In this document: in pieces, positions 46,625 through 55,965 of the stretch
How positions within the stretch are numbered: the stretch's first letter is position 1
Layout of the letters: every line of letters starts with the position of its first letter
NCBI GenBank assembly: GCA_049322655.1
Contig: JBMORP010000006.1
Location: 256,410-320,409 of the forward strand
Length of the DNA stretch: 64,000 bases
Origin: Patescibacteria group bacterium
GTDB lineage: Bacteria > Patescibacteriota > Microgenomatia > UBA1400 > PJMF01
Direction: 5' to 3'
Program-made: the position numbers and the translations under genes
The notes under the pieces: model-generated
Seen by the model: only the letters and a program-made list of their open reading frames with translations
Told to the model about the DNA's origin: nothing
The model's database searches: none

Positions 46625-47422
46625 CTATTCATCAATATGAAGTTCCTCTTCTAGGTAGACCGACTCTTCTTGACCATGTTCGTCGTGACTATGTGGAACC
46701 AAAGCCAAAGTCATATACATCAAAATCACTCCTAACAACAATAAACCAACTGATTTAAATCTATCGACCCCTTTACTTGCTTTGGGTAAAAAGTCGCTGG
46801 CTCCCAAATAAACAAACATACCAGTAGCTATTGCCATTAAAATTCCTTGAGTTGTTTCACCCACAGCGTAGTAATAAACATAAACAGCTCCTACTACAGT
46901 CGATAGTGAAGATAAGAAATTAAGCCAGAAAACTTTTCTTTTAGAAAAACCATTTTTTAACAAAATACCGAAATCACCAATTTCATGAGGAATTTCATGA
47001 AGTAAAGAAGAAACAGCTGTCGCTAAACCCAAGCCAGGATTGATTAAATAAGCGGCTGCAATTGCTACCCCATCAATAAAGTTGTGAACTGTATCGCCAA
47101 TAATAACTAAAAAAGAAGACGAGTGATGATGGCCATGGTCATCATCTTGGTGATGATGTAAATCAAAAATAAAGTTTTCAAACAGATACGAACCAATAAA
47201 ACTCACAAAAACTATTAAAAAAGCTTGTTCACCAATCATATAAACAGCTTCTGGAAGTAAACCTAGAAAAGACACTGTCAATAAAACACCGGCTGCAAAA
47301 GGAGTTGAGTACTTAGACAAAGCTTTGCTCCAACTATTAATTTTCAAAAAAAGAGAAGCTACAACAATACCAGCTACCCCTCCCAATAAAGATAATAAAA
47401 AAATGTTACTTAAATCTGACAT
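46625..47422 (-). CDS. ZIP-family divalent metal (zinc) transporter
   Basis: HEIPHEIGDF signature, His-rich loop (HHHQDDDHGHHHSS), and 8 TM helices. Confidence 0.85.
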   Translation of the reverse strand: MSDLSNIFLLSLLGGVAGIVVASLFLKINSWSKALSKYSTPFAAGVLLTVSFLGLLPEAVYMIGEQAFLIVFVSFIGSYLFENFIFDLHHHQDDDHGHHHSSSFLVIIGDTVHNFIDGVAIAAAYLINPGLGLATAVSSLLHEIPHEIGDFGILLKNGFSKRKVFWLNFLSSLSTVVGAVYVYYYAVGETTQGILMAIATGMFVYLGASDFLPKASKGVDRFKSVGLLLLGVILMYMTLALVPHSHDEHGQEESVYLEEELHIDE

Positions 47423-47571
47423 AAAAAACCCTCTCTACATTTAATTATATAGAAGCTGTAAAGTAGCAAAAAATAAAAATTCAAAAAAATTAACTCAATT
47501 TAAGTTTTTTTATGTTTTAACTCCATTTTAGTAACTAATTTTGTTATAGAATATCTAGTCTCATTTTTATT

Positions 47572-49284
47572 TTAACCAAAAGTAAAAGCATAAATTTCAA
47601 CGTTACCATCAAACTCTATTCTCAGCTCATGTCTACCGGGCTCATCTAGTTTAATTAGTTTATATAAAGTATTTTTCTTAACTTCAACAATTCCATTATC
47701 ATTATCTTCACCCATCCCAGCTATAGCATCATCTAAATAAACTTTCATCTCACCTGCTTTTTCGTCAGTGGGTCTAGCCACTAGAAAAACTTCTCTGGCT
47801 TCAAAATTAAGATACAACTTAGAACCTACCGTTGGATAAGCAAACTCACCATTCACCACCCAGCTGCCTTCATAAGCAAAACCATTAGTTGGCAATAATC
47901 CGGGGACAGTAAAAACTGTTGGTTCTCCTGGTTCAAAACTTTGCGGTGAAACTAAGTTACTAATTCTATCACTTCCCAAATATAACTCTGGAGTTTTGCT
48001 ATAAGTTTGATAATCTGGGTTATCTATGTTGACACTCACTTCAACTCCTGTCTCCTTTAATAAATCTTGAATAATCTGTTCTGTTTCATCATAATCACCC
48101 TCGCCAAAGTGGGTGTAACGAATAACGCCATCCTTATCAACCAAGTATTTGGCTGGCCAATATCTATTTTTATATGCGCGCCAGGTAGAAAAGTTATTAT
48201 CTTGCATAATTGGATACTCTAGACCAAAATCATCAATGGCTTGTTGCAGATTGGCTGGCTCTTTTTCAAAGGCAAATTCTGGACTATGAACGCCAATAAT
48301 CACTAAACCTTGGTCTTGATATTTGGTCCACCAGTTTCTGAGGTAAGGGAATGTTCTTTGACAGTTAATACAAGAATAGGTCCAAAAATCTACCAATATC
48401 ACTTTGCCTTTTAAATCAGCCAAAGTGAGTGGCTCTGAATTGAACCACTCACCACCAGCAACTAATTCTGGAGCTGAGTTTATTTTTTTCATTACATCTG
48501 ACATCGGTTGTCCTTTCTCAAAATCGTCAAGAGATCTAGAGTTAATTTGTTCTAATTCTTGTTTGACCTGTTCGTTATCTTCAAACTTAGTCAAGCCAAC
48601 TCCATAGTTTGGAAATTTTTCTAAAATATATGATTGAAACTGACGATCAACATTAAAATAAATAGCTATCGCAGTCAGAATCATTAACATGCCAAATAAT
48701 TTTTGAATATTACCAGTATTTTTAACCAACCAAGGCACTCTTTGTAATGCCGTTACGCCAACTTTCATGATCAACAACATTGGTAAAGCCGTACCGAGTG
48801 CATAAAATAAAGTAATTAAAAAGGCTTGAGTGTTAACTGAACCAGTCAACGCCAAACTGATAACCGAAGCCAAAATTGGACCAACGCACGGTGTCCATAA
48901 TAGCCCTAAAGATAAACCTACAACAAAACCACCACCAAAGCCAGTTTTTCTTTCAGCAGTTGGGGTTGAGCTAGCCAACTTACTAAAAAGTATTTCTAAT
49001 AAGGCCTGAACTTTGGGAATCAATAAACTCAAACCAAAAGTTGCCAAAATAAAAATTGATATAAATCTTAATGAGCTAGCAGAAATCCCCAAAAATGTAA
49101 CAATCGTCGATAGAAAAAGTGTGAAAAAAGTAAAACTGGCAATAAAACCAACCACTACTCCCAATGGACGTTGTTTGTTGTCTGCGTCAGCAGAAGCCAA
49201 GATAATTGGCAATAAGGGTAGGATGCATGGGGATAAAACAGTGACTATCCCAGCTAAAAAAGCAAAAGCTATTAATAAAATCAT
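47572..49284 (-). CDS. DsbD-like fusion: CcdA-type transmembrane electron transporter plus periplasmic thioredoxin-like (TlpA/ResA) domain plus C-terminal beta-rich domain
   Basis: CcdA Cys pair in TM helices (LSPCILPLLP, WTPCVGPILAS) and a thioredoxin CxxC (WTYSCINCQ); 570 aa. Confidence 0.8.
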   Translation of the reverse strand: MILLIAFAFLAGIVTVLSPCILPLLPIILASADADNKQRPLGVVVGFIASFTFFTLFLSTIVTFLGISASSLRFISIFILATFGLSLLIPKVQALLEILFSKLASSTPTAERKTGFGGGFVVGLSLGLLWTPCVGPILASVISLALTGSVNTQAFLITLFYALGTALPMLLIMKVGVTALQRVPWLVKNTGNIQKLFGMLMILTAIAIYFNVDRQFQSYILEKFPNYGVGLTKFEDNEQVKQELEQINSRSLDDFEKGQPMSDVMKKINSAPELVAGGEWFNSEPLTLADLKGKVILVDFWTYSCINCQRTFPYLRNWWTKYQDQGLVIIGVHSPEFAFEKEPANLQQAIDDFGLEYPIMQDNNFSTWRAYKNRYWPAKYLVDKDGVIRYTHFGEGDYDETEQIIQDLLKETGVEVSVNIDNPDYQTYSKTPELYLGSDRISNLVSPQSFEPGEPTVFTVPGLLPTNGFAYEGSWVVNGEFAYPTVGSKLYLNFEAREVFLVARPTDEKAGEMKVYLDDAIAGMGEDNDNGIVEVKKNTLYKLIKLDEPGRHELRIEFDGNVEIYAFTFG

Positions 49285-49305
49285 AAGTTTTATCCCAAAA
49301 ATTTA

Positions 49306-49848
49306 TTATTTAATGTTCTTTAGTAACTCCTCAACCGAGCCACCATTCCATTTTTTAATTACTTCGCCATTTGCATCAATTTGTACAAAAGTATGTTGGT
49401 AAATAACTCCATATTTATTGGCCAAAGCCTTTTCAGTATTATCAGTGTCAGTATCATTATAGTTAACTTTAATCACAGTTAAATCTGCTGGTAAATCAGC
49501 TTTAATCAAAGCAGCGTCAACTGGCTGACAAGTTGGACACCAATTGGCATAAAAAAATAACACTCTTTTTCCATCATCCTTGGTCATCAAATCTTCTCCA
49601 CCATAAACAACATATTTGCCTGATCCTTCCATCATGGCGCTTTCATCATCTTTTACCATCGTCTCATCTTCTTTCACCATAGCATCAATATCATCTTCCA
49701 TCTTAGTTTCAGCTTCGTCTTTCATCATGGTTACTTCTTCATTCTCCATCATTTTTGAGTCAGTTTCATTTTTTTGCAAAATAAAATAACCAATAACTCC
49801 AACTAAGGCTAAGCCCAATATCAAGACCAATGTATTATTATTTTTCAT
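49306..49848 (-). CDS. membrane-anchored thioredoxin-like protein with Met/Glu-rich low-complexity region
   Basis: WCPTC active site in a thioredoxin fold, preceded by MMENEEVTMMKDEAETKMEDDIDAMVKEDETMVKDDESAMMEG. Confidence 0.7.
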   Translation of the reverse strand: MKNNNTLVLILGLALVGVIGYFILQKNETDSKMMENEEVTMMKDEAETKMEDDIDAMVKEDETMVKDDESAMMEGSGKYVVYGGEDLMTKDDGKRVLFFYANWCPTCQPVDAALIKADLPADLTVIKVNYNDTDTDNTEKALANKYGVIYQHTFVQIDANGEVIKKWNGGSVEELLKNIK

Positions 49849-49921
49849 TGTTAAGTTTCCTTTACAAAAATAATAAACACTTTAACAATAAATGTCAAAC
49901 ATACTTTACATTTTTGTAAGA

Positions 49922-50281
49922 TTAATTACGAAAATAGTGAAAGATTCTAGAAATTAGCTTAACTAACACCATACTAGCTAGAGAATAAATCAGCCATGGA
50001 TCAATATCATGCATCAAAGCTTGGTTAGCAATTCCTACTACCAAAATAAAAGCTCCAACAAAAAAAGAAATTCTGCCAGACTTTAAAATATGGACATCAT
50101 CACGTTCATCAACTGCCTTTTCTTTCCAAACCAAACCAACAAAAGCCAAAAAACCAATAATCAAACCAACAATTAACATCATGTTGGTTGAGTTCGGCAT
50201 CAATAAGTCTTTAGCATTTAAAAAAGTAGCTAAAATAAATAAAATAATCAAACTAACAATAAATTCTAATTTTATTTTCAT
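49922..50281 (-). CDS. small membrane protein (DUF2178-like partner of an XRE regulator)
   Basis: 119 aa, 3-4 TM helices; overlaps the upstream HTH gene by 4 nt. Confidence 0.45.
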   Translation of the reverse strand: MKIKLEFIVSLIILFILATFLNAKDLLMPNSTNMMLIVGLIIGFLAFVGLVWKEKAVDERDDVHILKSGRISFFVGAFILVVGIANQALMHDIDPWLIYSLASMVLVKLISRIFHYFRN

Positions 50282-50484
50282 AGTTTTATTTTAAAGATTT
50301 CCTCTACTGGTTTCGCAAAAAAACGAGCTATTTTTAATACTAGTAACACAGATGGTGTATAGTTGCCTTTTTCAATAGCAATAATCGTTTGACGAGTTAC
50401 ACCAACCTCATCAGCCAATTGCTCCTGGGTGAGTTTTCTCTGTTTTCTAAAATCAGCTAATTTATTAGTTACCTTCTCTGACAT
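50278..50484 (-). CDS. XRE-family helix-turn-helix transcriptional regulator
   Basis: 68 aa with a classic HTH_3 motif (LTQEQLADEVGVTRQTIIAIEKG). Confidence 0.8.
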   Translation of the reverse strand: MSEKVTNKLADFRKQRKLTQEQLADEVGVTRQTIIAIEKGNYTPSVLLVLKIARFFAKPVEEIFKIKL

Positions 50485-50550
50485 ATCAATTTCAAAAAAT
50501 TATAAACCATAAAAAATTAATGAATGCTAGTTAAAAATAAATAAAAACCA

Positions 50551-51600
50551 TCACTTATCAATATGTGCCACACCTTCTCCTTGAGCCGCTAAAGACACCA
50601 AAGTAAATTGAGCATTCTTTTGAAATTGCTCGATATTCTTTGCCCCGGTATAAGACATCGCGCTGCGCAAACCACCTACCAAATCATTAATAATAATTTC
50701 TGCCGATCCTTTATATGGAACCATCGTCGTTACTCCCTCTGCACTTCTGAATTCCCCCATTTGTGAACCATTATCTTTCATGTAATCTTCTGAAGCTTGG
50801 CCTCGAGCTTTTTTAACTCCACCGACCACCTCACCAGGAGCTTCTTCTGTCCCAGCCAGCATTGAACCAACCATAATTACTTTAGCTCCAGCAGCGATTG
50901 CTTTAGCAAAATCTGCTGGCTTACGAATTCCTCCATCAGCAATAATCTCTAAACCAGAAGAAACAGTTTCAAAAACAGCTGATAGTTGAGGAAAACCAGC
51001 TCCAGCCACTAATCTAGTAATACACATTCCACCCCCACCAACCCCAACTCTAGCAATCTTTAAACCAGCACTTTTATAAGACATAGCTTGGTCATAACTG
51101 ACAATATTGCCAGCAATCACCGTTAAGTTTAGTTTGGCTTGAATCTCGGCTGCTATTTCAACAATATTCTTCATCCCACCATGAGCCACATCCAACAACA
51201 ACATTTCAGCACCAAGCTTTTTAAATTTTTTAGCATCTTCCATTGCATTTTTAAATCCAATCGAATAGACAGCCTTAATGTTATTTTTTTGCAAACGAGC
51301 ACAAGCATCAAGTGCCTCATCAATAAAAACCCTTGGCATGAAAGTCAGGCCACCTAGCTTGTGCATTAACTTGGCCATTTTTTCACCACTCACAGTATCC
51401 ATTGGGGCTGTCACAATTGGCTTTTTGAGTTTGAATGGACCAAAATTAACTAAGACATCAGTCTCTTTTCTAGAGCTTATTTTCGTTAATGATTGGGGAA
51501 CTAACAAAACGTCGTCATAAGTTAAACTGGCTGGGTGAGTAGTAGTAAGATTCGGCCAGACCTCAGTCTTGCCTAGGGAGTGGTAGAAATTAAAGGACAC
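50551..51600 (-). CDS. IMP dehydrogenase/GMP reductase family protein without CBS subdomain (GuaC-like)
   Basis: LTYDDVLLVP N-terminus, catalytic-loop Cys (GGGGMCITR), and a length of 349 aa typical of GMP reductase. Confidence 0.7.
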   Translation of the reverse strand: MSFNFYHSLGKTEVWPNLTTTHPASLTYDDVLLVPQSLTKISSRKETDVLVNFGPFKLKKPIVTAPMDTVSGEKMAKLMHKLGGLTFMPRVFIDEALDACARLQKNNIKAVYSIGFKNAMEDAKKFKKLGAEMLLLDVAHGGMKNIVEIAAEIQAKLNLTVIAGNIVSYDQAMSYKSAGLKIARVGVGGGGMCITRLVAGAGFPQLSAVFETVSSGLEIIADGGIRKPADFAKAIAAGAKVIMVGSMLAGTEEAPGEVVGGVKKARGQASEDYMKDNGSQMGEFRSAEGVTTMVPYKGSAEIIINDLVGGLRSAMSYTGAKNIEQFQKNAQFTLVSLAAQGEGVAHIDK

Positions 51601-51821
51601 ATTTAACAGTATACTTGAAAAAATAATAAAAAAATAATCTTAAAATAAGGTATGATAAACTCACAAATGGAAAAACAAGAAAAAACCATTCAAGAACTTT
51701 GGCTAGAGAGTGATAAAAAAAATAAAGAAATTCTCAAAAATCCATTAAAAGATCCACTTCACTTTTTAAGATTAATTTTGTTTCTAGGCATAACCAAAAA
51801 AAATTTTTCTGAAAAATAATC

Positions 51822-52493
51822 TTAATTAATAACTTCCAATAAAAACTCGTTATGGCCACAGATCACCACAATATCTTCTGCTTGAAAAGTAAAATTAGCT
51901 TCTTCTTTATTAAGTAAAATTTTATTGTCTCTTTTGACTGCTACTAACATTGAATGCTCAGTCATAAAAAATTCTATTTCTGAGACTTTCTTTCCAACCC
52001 AATCAGTTAAAACCTTTAGCTCAACAAACTTAAAATCATTTGATAACTCCATCGAGTCAATAATGTTGGAATATAAACTAAGGGCTACTTTTTTACCTGT
52101 TTCTTTTTCTGGAGAAATTACCCAATCAGCTCCAATTCTTTTTAAAATCTTTTCATGGAGTTCTTGTGAAGCTTTAGCAGCCACAAACTTAGCCCCTAAT
52201 TCCTTAACTAGAGTCGTAATTAACACACTAGATTCGATATCATAACCAATCGCTACCACCACCGCATCAAAATCCTCAATACCCAATGATCTTAAAAAGT
52301 CTTCATCATGGATGTCCCCAGAAAGTGCCTCAGTAACTTCATCAACCAACATTGCTGCTTTATGCTCTTCATCATCAACCGCTACTACTTCACAACCCAG
52401 CTGACTGGCATTTCTAGCAAAACTCGAACCAAATCGACCTAAACCAATTACTAAAAATGATTTACTTTTATTTTTGGGTTTTTTTATAAACAT
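51822..52493 (-). CDS. trkA: Trk/Ktr potassium-uptake regulatory subunit (RCK N- and C-domains)
   Basis: GxGxxG Rossmann motif (IGLGRFGSS) and a TrkA_C-like C-terminus. Overlaps the TrkH-type gene by 10 nt. Confidence 0.85.
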   Translation of the reverse strand: MFIKKPKNKSKSFLVIGLGRFGSSFARNASQLGCEVVAVDDEEHKAAMLVDEVTEALSGDIHDEDFLRSLGIEDFDAVVVAIGYDIESSVLITTLVKELGAKFVAAKASQELHEKILKRIGADWVISPEKETGKKVALSLYSNIIDSMELSNDFKFVELKVLTDWVGKKVSEIEFFMTEHSMLVAVKRDNKILLNKEEANFTFQAEDIVVICGHNEFLLEVIN

Positions 52494-53824
52494 ATTTTCG
52501 CCTTTGGATATTGTTTATTTACTATTTTCTTTTTCTTACTAAAAATATAACCATACAATAAAACATATAAACCAACTCGACCAATAAACATTAATAAAAT
52601 CAAAATTATCTTACTAAACATTGAGAGTTTACCCGTTAAACCTAATGACAAACCAACTGTTCCCATAGCTGAAAATGTCTCAAACAAAACATCTAAAAAT
52701 CCTGGATCATCACTAAATTCTAACAAAGTAGTAGCCACCACCACCAAAATTAAACTAATGATAGCCGTACTCATTGCTCTAATTACTGTTTGAAAATCAA
52801 TACTTCTTTTACTAAACTGAATATTTAAGTTACCTCTGATTAAACCAATAATCATCAACACTAAAATAAAAGCAGAAATCACCTTAATTCCACCCGCCGT
52901 TGATGCTGGTGAACCACCAATAAACATTAGCCACATCATCACTATGATTGATGGTTTATCCATTTCAGATAAATCAAAAACACTAAAGCCAGCAGTTCTC
53001 GCACTAACACTATGAAACAAAGATTCTCTAAAATGAGTAATTTCACCGACTAAATTAGCCCTATTTTGGTATTCCAAAAACCAAAAGCTAACTGTTCCTA
53101 AAATAATAAGAACGATATTTAAACCAATAATTAATTTACTGTAATAACTTAATCTATGAGCATGAGGATTTTTTAGCTTCTGCAGAAGATCTAGCCAAAC
53201 AGGATAACCCAAACCACCCAGGACAATTAAGAGCATAATAATCTCTGCTGCAAAACTAACTTCGATAAAAGTCTTACCGCTATCTCCTAAAGCAAAAATA
53301 TCAAAGCCAGCATTAGCAAAAGCAGAAATGGCATGAAAAAAGCCAAATTTAAATGATTCAAAAAAGCTAAAACCATGATTGAGAAAAGCCAAACTCAGTA
53401 AAATAGCCCCAAAAAACTCCAATAGTAATACATAAAACATGACATTTTTTAGAATTTTTAAAACTTCACCTTTGTTTTCTGCTCCTAGATCATCACTCAA
53501 TAATTGTTTATCAGTGTAAAAAAGTCTTTTACCAAAAAGATAAGCGGCATAACCACCAATCGTAACTACACCCAAAGCACCAACTTGAATCAAGAGCAAA
53601 ATCACTAATTGGCCCCAACCAGACCAATAGCTGCCAGTCTCGACTACTGCTAAACCGGTCACAAACAAAGCTGAAGCCGAAGTAAAAACGGCATCAACAG
53701 GGTGAGTAATTTCTCCAGTTTGAGTTGCCCATGGGTGCATCAGTAAAAATCCACCCAAAAACATCACTGAAATAAAAGACAAAGCCACCATCAAAAATGG
53801 GTTAGTAATCTTTTTTTGATACAT
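52484..53824 (-). CDS. trkH: TrkH/KtrB-family potassium transporter membrane subunit
   Basis: 446 aa with repeated M1-P-M2 units carrying selectivity-filter-like Gly (TAGFS, GGSPASTAGG, GTVGLSLG). Confidence 0.85.
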   Translation of the reverse strand: MYQKKITNPFLMVALSFISVMFLGGFLLMHPWATQTGEITHPVDAVFTSASALFVTGLAVVETGSYWSGWGQLVILLLIQVGALGVVTIGGYAAYLFGKRLFYTDKQLLSDDLGAENKGEVLKILKNVMFYVLLLEFFGAILLSLAFLNHGFSFFESFKFGFFHAISAFANAGFDIFALGDSGKTFIEVSFAAEIIMLLIVLGGLGYPVWLDLLQKLKNPHAHRLSYYSKLIIGLNIVLIILGTVSFWFLEYQNRANLVGEITHFRESLFHSVSARTAGFSVFDLSEMDKPSIIVMMWLMFIGGSPASTAGGIKVISAFILVLMIIGLIRGNLNIQFSKRSIDFQTVIRAMSTAIISLILVVVATTLLEFSDDPGFLDVLFETFSAMGTVGLSLGLTGKLSMFSKIILILLMFIGRVGLYVLLYGYIFSKKKKIVNKQYPKAKICL

Positions 53825-53977
53825 AGAAGATCTTGTTCAACATTATGGCAAGAAAAAACTAAACTGTGAAGAATTAACTCCTTAACACAAAAGTTTTTTG
53901 TAATTAAAATTACTTAAAGCTATTATTTAGTTCTTAAACCAGCTATATTATTTTTGTAATTAAACTAACAAACTAAT

Positions 53978-54514
53978 ATGAAAATACAAGCTATAGCTTT
54001 GCCTATTAATAAAATTTTAACCAAACAAACTCTATTCTATTTGACGATCTTTACTCTGCCATTACTTAGCCATGCCAACCAACTCTTGGTTGGAACTGCC
54101 GTTAACTTAATGCTGTTCTTGGGAGCCAAAAACCTCACCCACAAAGAACTGATTCTGTTGGCCATCCTGCCCAGTCTTGGAGCAATCAGTAACGGCGTTT
54201 TATTTGGCTCATTTACCATGTTGCTGATTTATTTTGCTCCAGCTATTTGGTTGGGAAACTATTTGATGATGAGAGTCTTTAACCAAACCAAAAACTTACC
54301 TACCTTAATCAGTATCATTAGCGCAGCCCTAGTTAAAACAGCTTTATTATTTGGAGTAGCCTTAAGTTTAGTCAAACTAAGTTTGGTGCCAACAATTTTT
54401 CTCACAGCAATGGGAACAGTTCAGTTTATTACAGCTACAACTGGGGGAATCTTAGCTAATTTGCTTAGTCAAAGCAAACTTTTTACCGAAACCAAGGAGC
54501 CTGCCAATGACTGA
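53978..54514 (+). CDS. small polytopic membrane protein (5-6 TM helices; ECF S-component-like size), unknown function
   Basis: 178 aa, hydrophobic. Its stop overlaps the downstream hydrogenase-like gene by 8 nt. Confidence 0.5.
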   Translation: MKIQAIALPINKILTKQTLFYLTIFTLPLLSHANQLLVGTAVNLMLFLGAKNLTHKELILLAILPSLGAISNGVLFGSFTMLLIYFAPAIWLGNYLMMRVFNQTKNLPTLISIISAALVKTALLFGVALSLVKLSLVPTIFLTAMGTVQFITATTGGILANLLSQSKLFTETKEPAND

Positions 54515-55415
54515 CCAGCTACCAGTTAAACCAAAAACAGAACCTGAAATCTTAATTGACTTACTAAAAAAAAATCAACCACTAGTGGCAATGCTTGCCC
54601 CATCATTCCCCATTGTTTATGAATTTGCTAACATTGTTGGAAAATTAAAAAGACTTGGTTTTAGCTATGTAGTTGAAGTCACTGCTGGTGCAATGCATAC
54701 CAATGCTGCAGCCATTGAACTACTAAAAAATAATCCTCAAGCTAGAGTTATCACTAGCCCTTGCGCCAGTTTTGTTAGAATGATTAGAACTAAATATCCA
54801 CATTTAGAAAAATATTTAGGCTTTGCTGCAGATTCACCAATGGTCGCTACAGCTAGAATTGTTAAAAAAAAATACCCAAATCACAAACCTGTTTTTATTG
54901 GCCCATGTAATGCCAAAAAACTTGAAGCTAATGAAGATTACCCAGAATTAGAGATTCTGTCAGTAACCTACAAACAAATGCAAACTGTTTTTGACCATTT
55001 TCAACTTCAAGATGACCCAACTGATGAACAGGCAAAACTAGATCTTGAAGAAACTCATACCAGACTCTATCCAATCTCTGGAGGTTTAGCTCAAAGCAGT
55101 GCTGTCAAAGATTTATTAGCAGATGAAGAAATAGAAGTTGTTTCTGGCTGGCAAAATTGTGAGCAAGCTCTCAAAAGATTTGAAACCAGTGACCGAATTA
55201 GACTATTAGATATTCTCTTTTGTGAGGGTGGTTGTATCAATGGACCAGGAATTAATAGCCCTCTTTCTCTGGCTGAACGTAGAGAAAAAATAGTTCAATT
55301 TTGGGAACTGGGTAATAAACAACCAATTCCCATTGTAGAGTTAAATAAAGCTACTCAATTTAAAAAAATTTTTCCAGCTATAAGAAAAGCCCTCACGGGC
55401 TTATTCCATTTTTAA
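54507..55415 (+). CDS. [FeFe]-hydrogenase H-cluster-domain-like protein (minimal, 302 aa) with variant L1 motif TSPC
   Basis: Aligns by eye to the CpI H-domain: APSFPIVYEF..LKRLGFSYVVEV, L1 ITSPCASFV (vs FTSCCPGW), L2 IGPCNAKKLEA (vs MPCTSKKFEA), L3 FCEGGCINGPG (vs MACPGGCVNGGG). All four [4Fe-4S]H Cys ligands and the Lys/Glu of L2 are present. Confidence 0.65.
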   Translation: MTDQLPVKPKTEPEILIDLLKKNQPLVAMLAPSFPIVYEFANIVGKLKRLGFSYVVEVTAGAMHTNAAAIELLKNNPQARVITSPCASFVRMIRTKYPHLEKYLGFAADSPMVATARIVKKKYPNHKPVFIGPCNAKKLEANEDYPELEILSVTYKQMQTVFDHFQLQDDPTDEQAKLDLEETHTRLYPISGGLAQSSAVKDLLADEEIEVVSGWQNCEQALKRFETSDRIRLLDILFCEGGCINGPGINSPLSLAERREKIVQFWELGNKQPIPIVELNKATQFKKIFPAIRKALTGLFHF

Positions 55416-55928
55416 AGTTTCTTGACGTAACCAAGCAATTAAATAAAAAATGTGTTCTCGACTATACTGGTAATTTTTTAAATCAGTTATTTTTACCCAC
55501 TCAGCTTGATGAGTGTGAGTCGGTTTTGTTGGCATAAACTCAGTATCATCAGGAATAATAGCCGTATAACAAGCCACTATGTCACTATTAGCCTGAGTTT
55601 CTTGATCATTTGTTTTAACTCTGTAAACACCAAATAACTCCAATGACGCCTCTAAATTTTTAACTCCAGCATCCCAACGTAACTCTCTAAGAGCCGCATC
55701 CTCAACATTAATGGCATCAGCAAAGGCCCCCTTACCACTAGCCAAAGCCATTTTGCCCCTTATCGGTTTTAACATTACTGCCGTTCGATCGTGATTAAAA
55801 GCCAACACTACCACTACTTCGGCTTTGGCCAACTCACTTTCAGCCAATCTTTCGACTAAATAGCCACTACCAGTGACCTCCTTAGTCAAAAAACCCAACA
55901 ACTCATTGTCTTTATTGATACCAGTCAT
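55401..55928 (-). CDS. NUDIX-like hydrolase (degenerate Nudix box)
   Basis: Partial Nudix-box match: GKGAFADAINVEDAALRELRWDAGV. Confidence 0.4.
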   Translation of the reverse strand: MTGINKDNELLGFLTKEVTGSGYLVERLAESELAKAEVVVVLAFNHDRTAVMLKPIRGKMALASGKGAFADAINVEDAALRELRWDAGVKNLEASLELFGVYRVKTNDQETQANSDIVACYTAIIPDDTEFMPTKPTHTHQAEWVKITDLKNYQYSREHIFYLIAWLRQETLKME

Positions 55929-55965
55929 AAACTTAGCTTAGATTATATGATAAATCGATAAAAAA

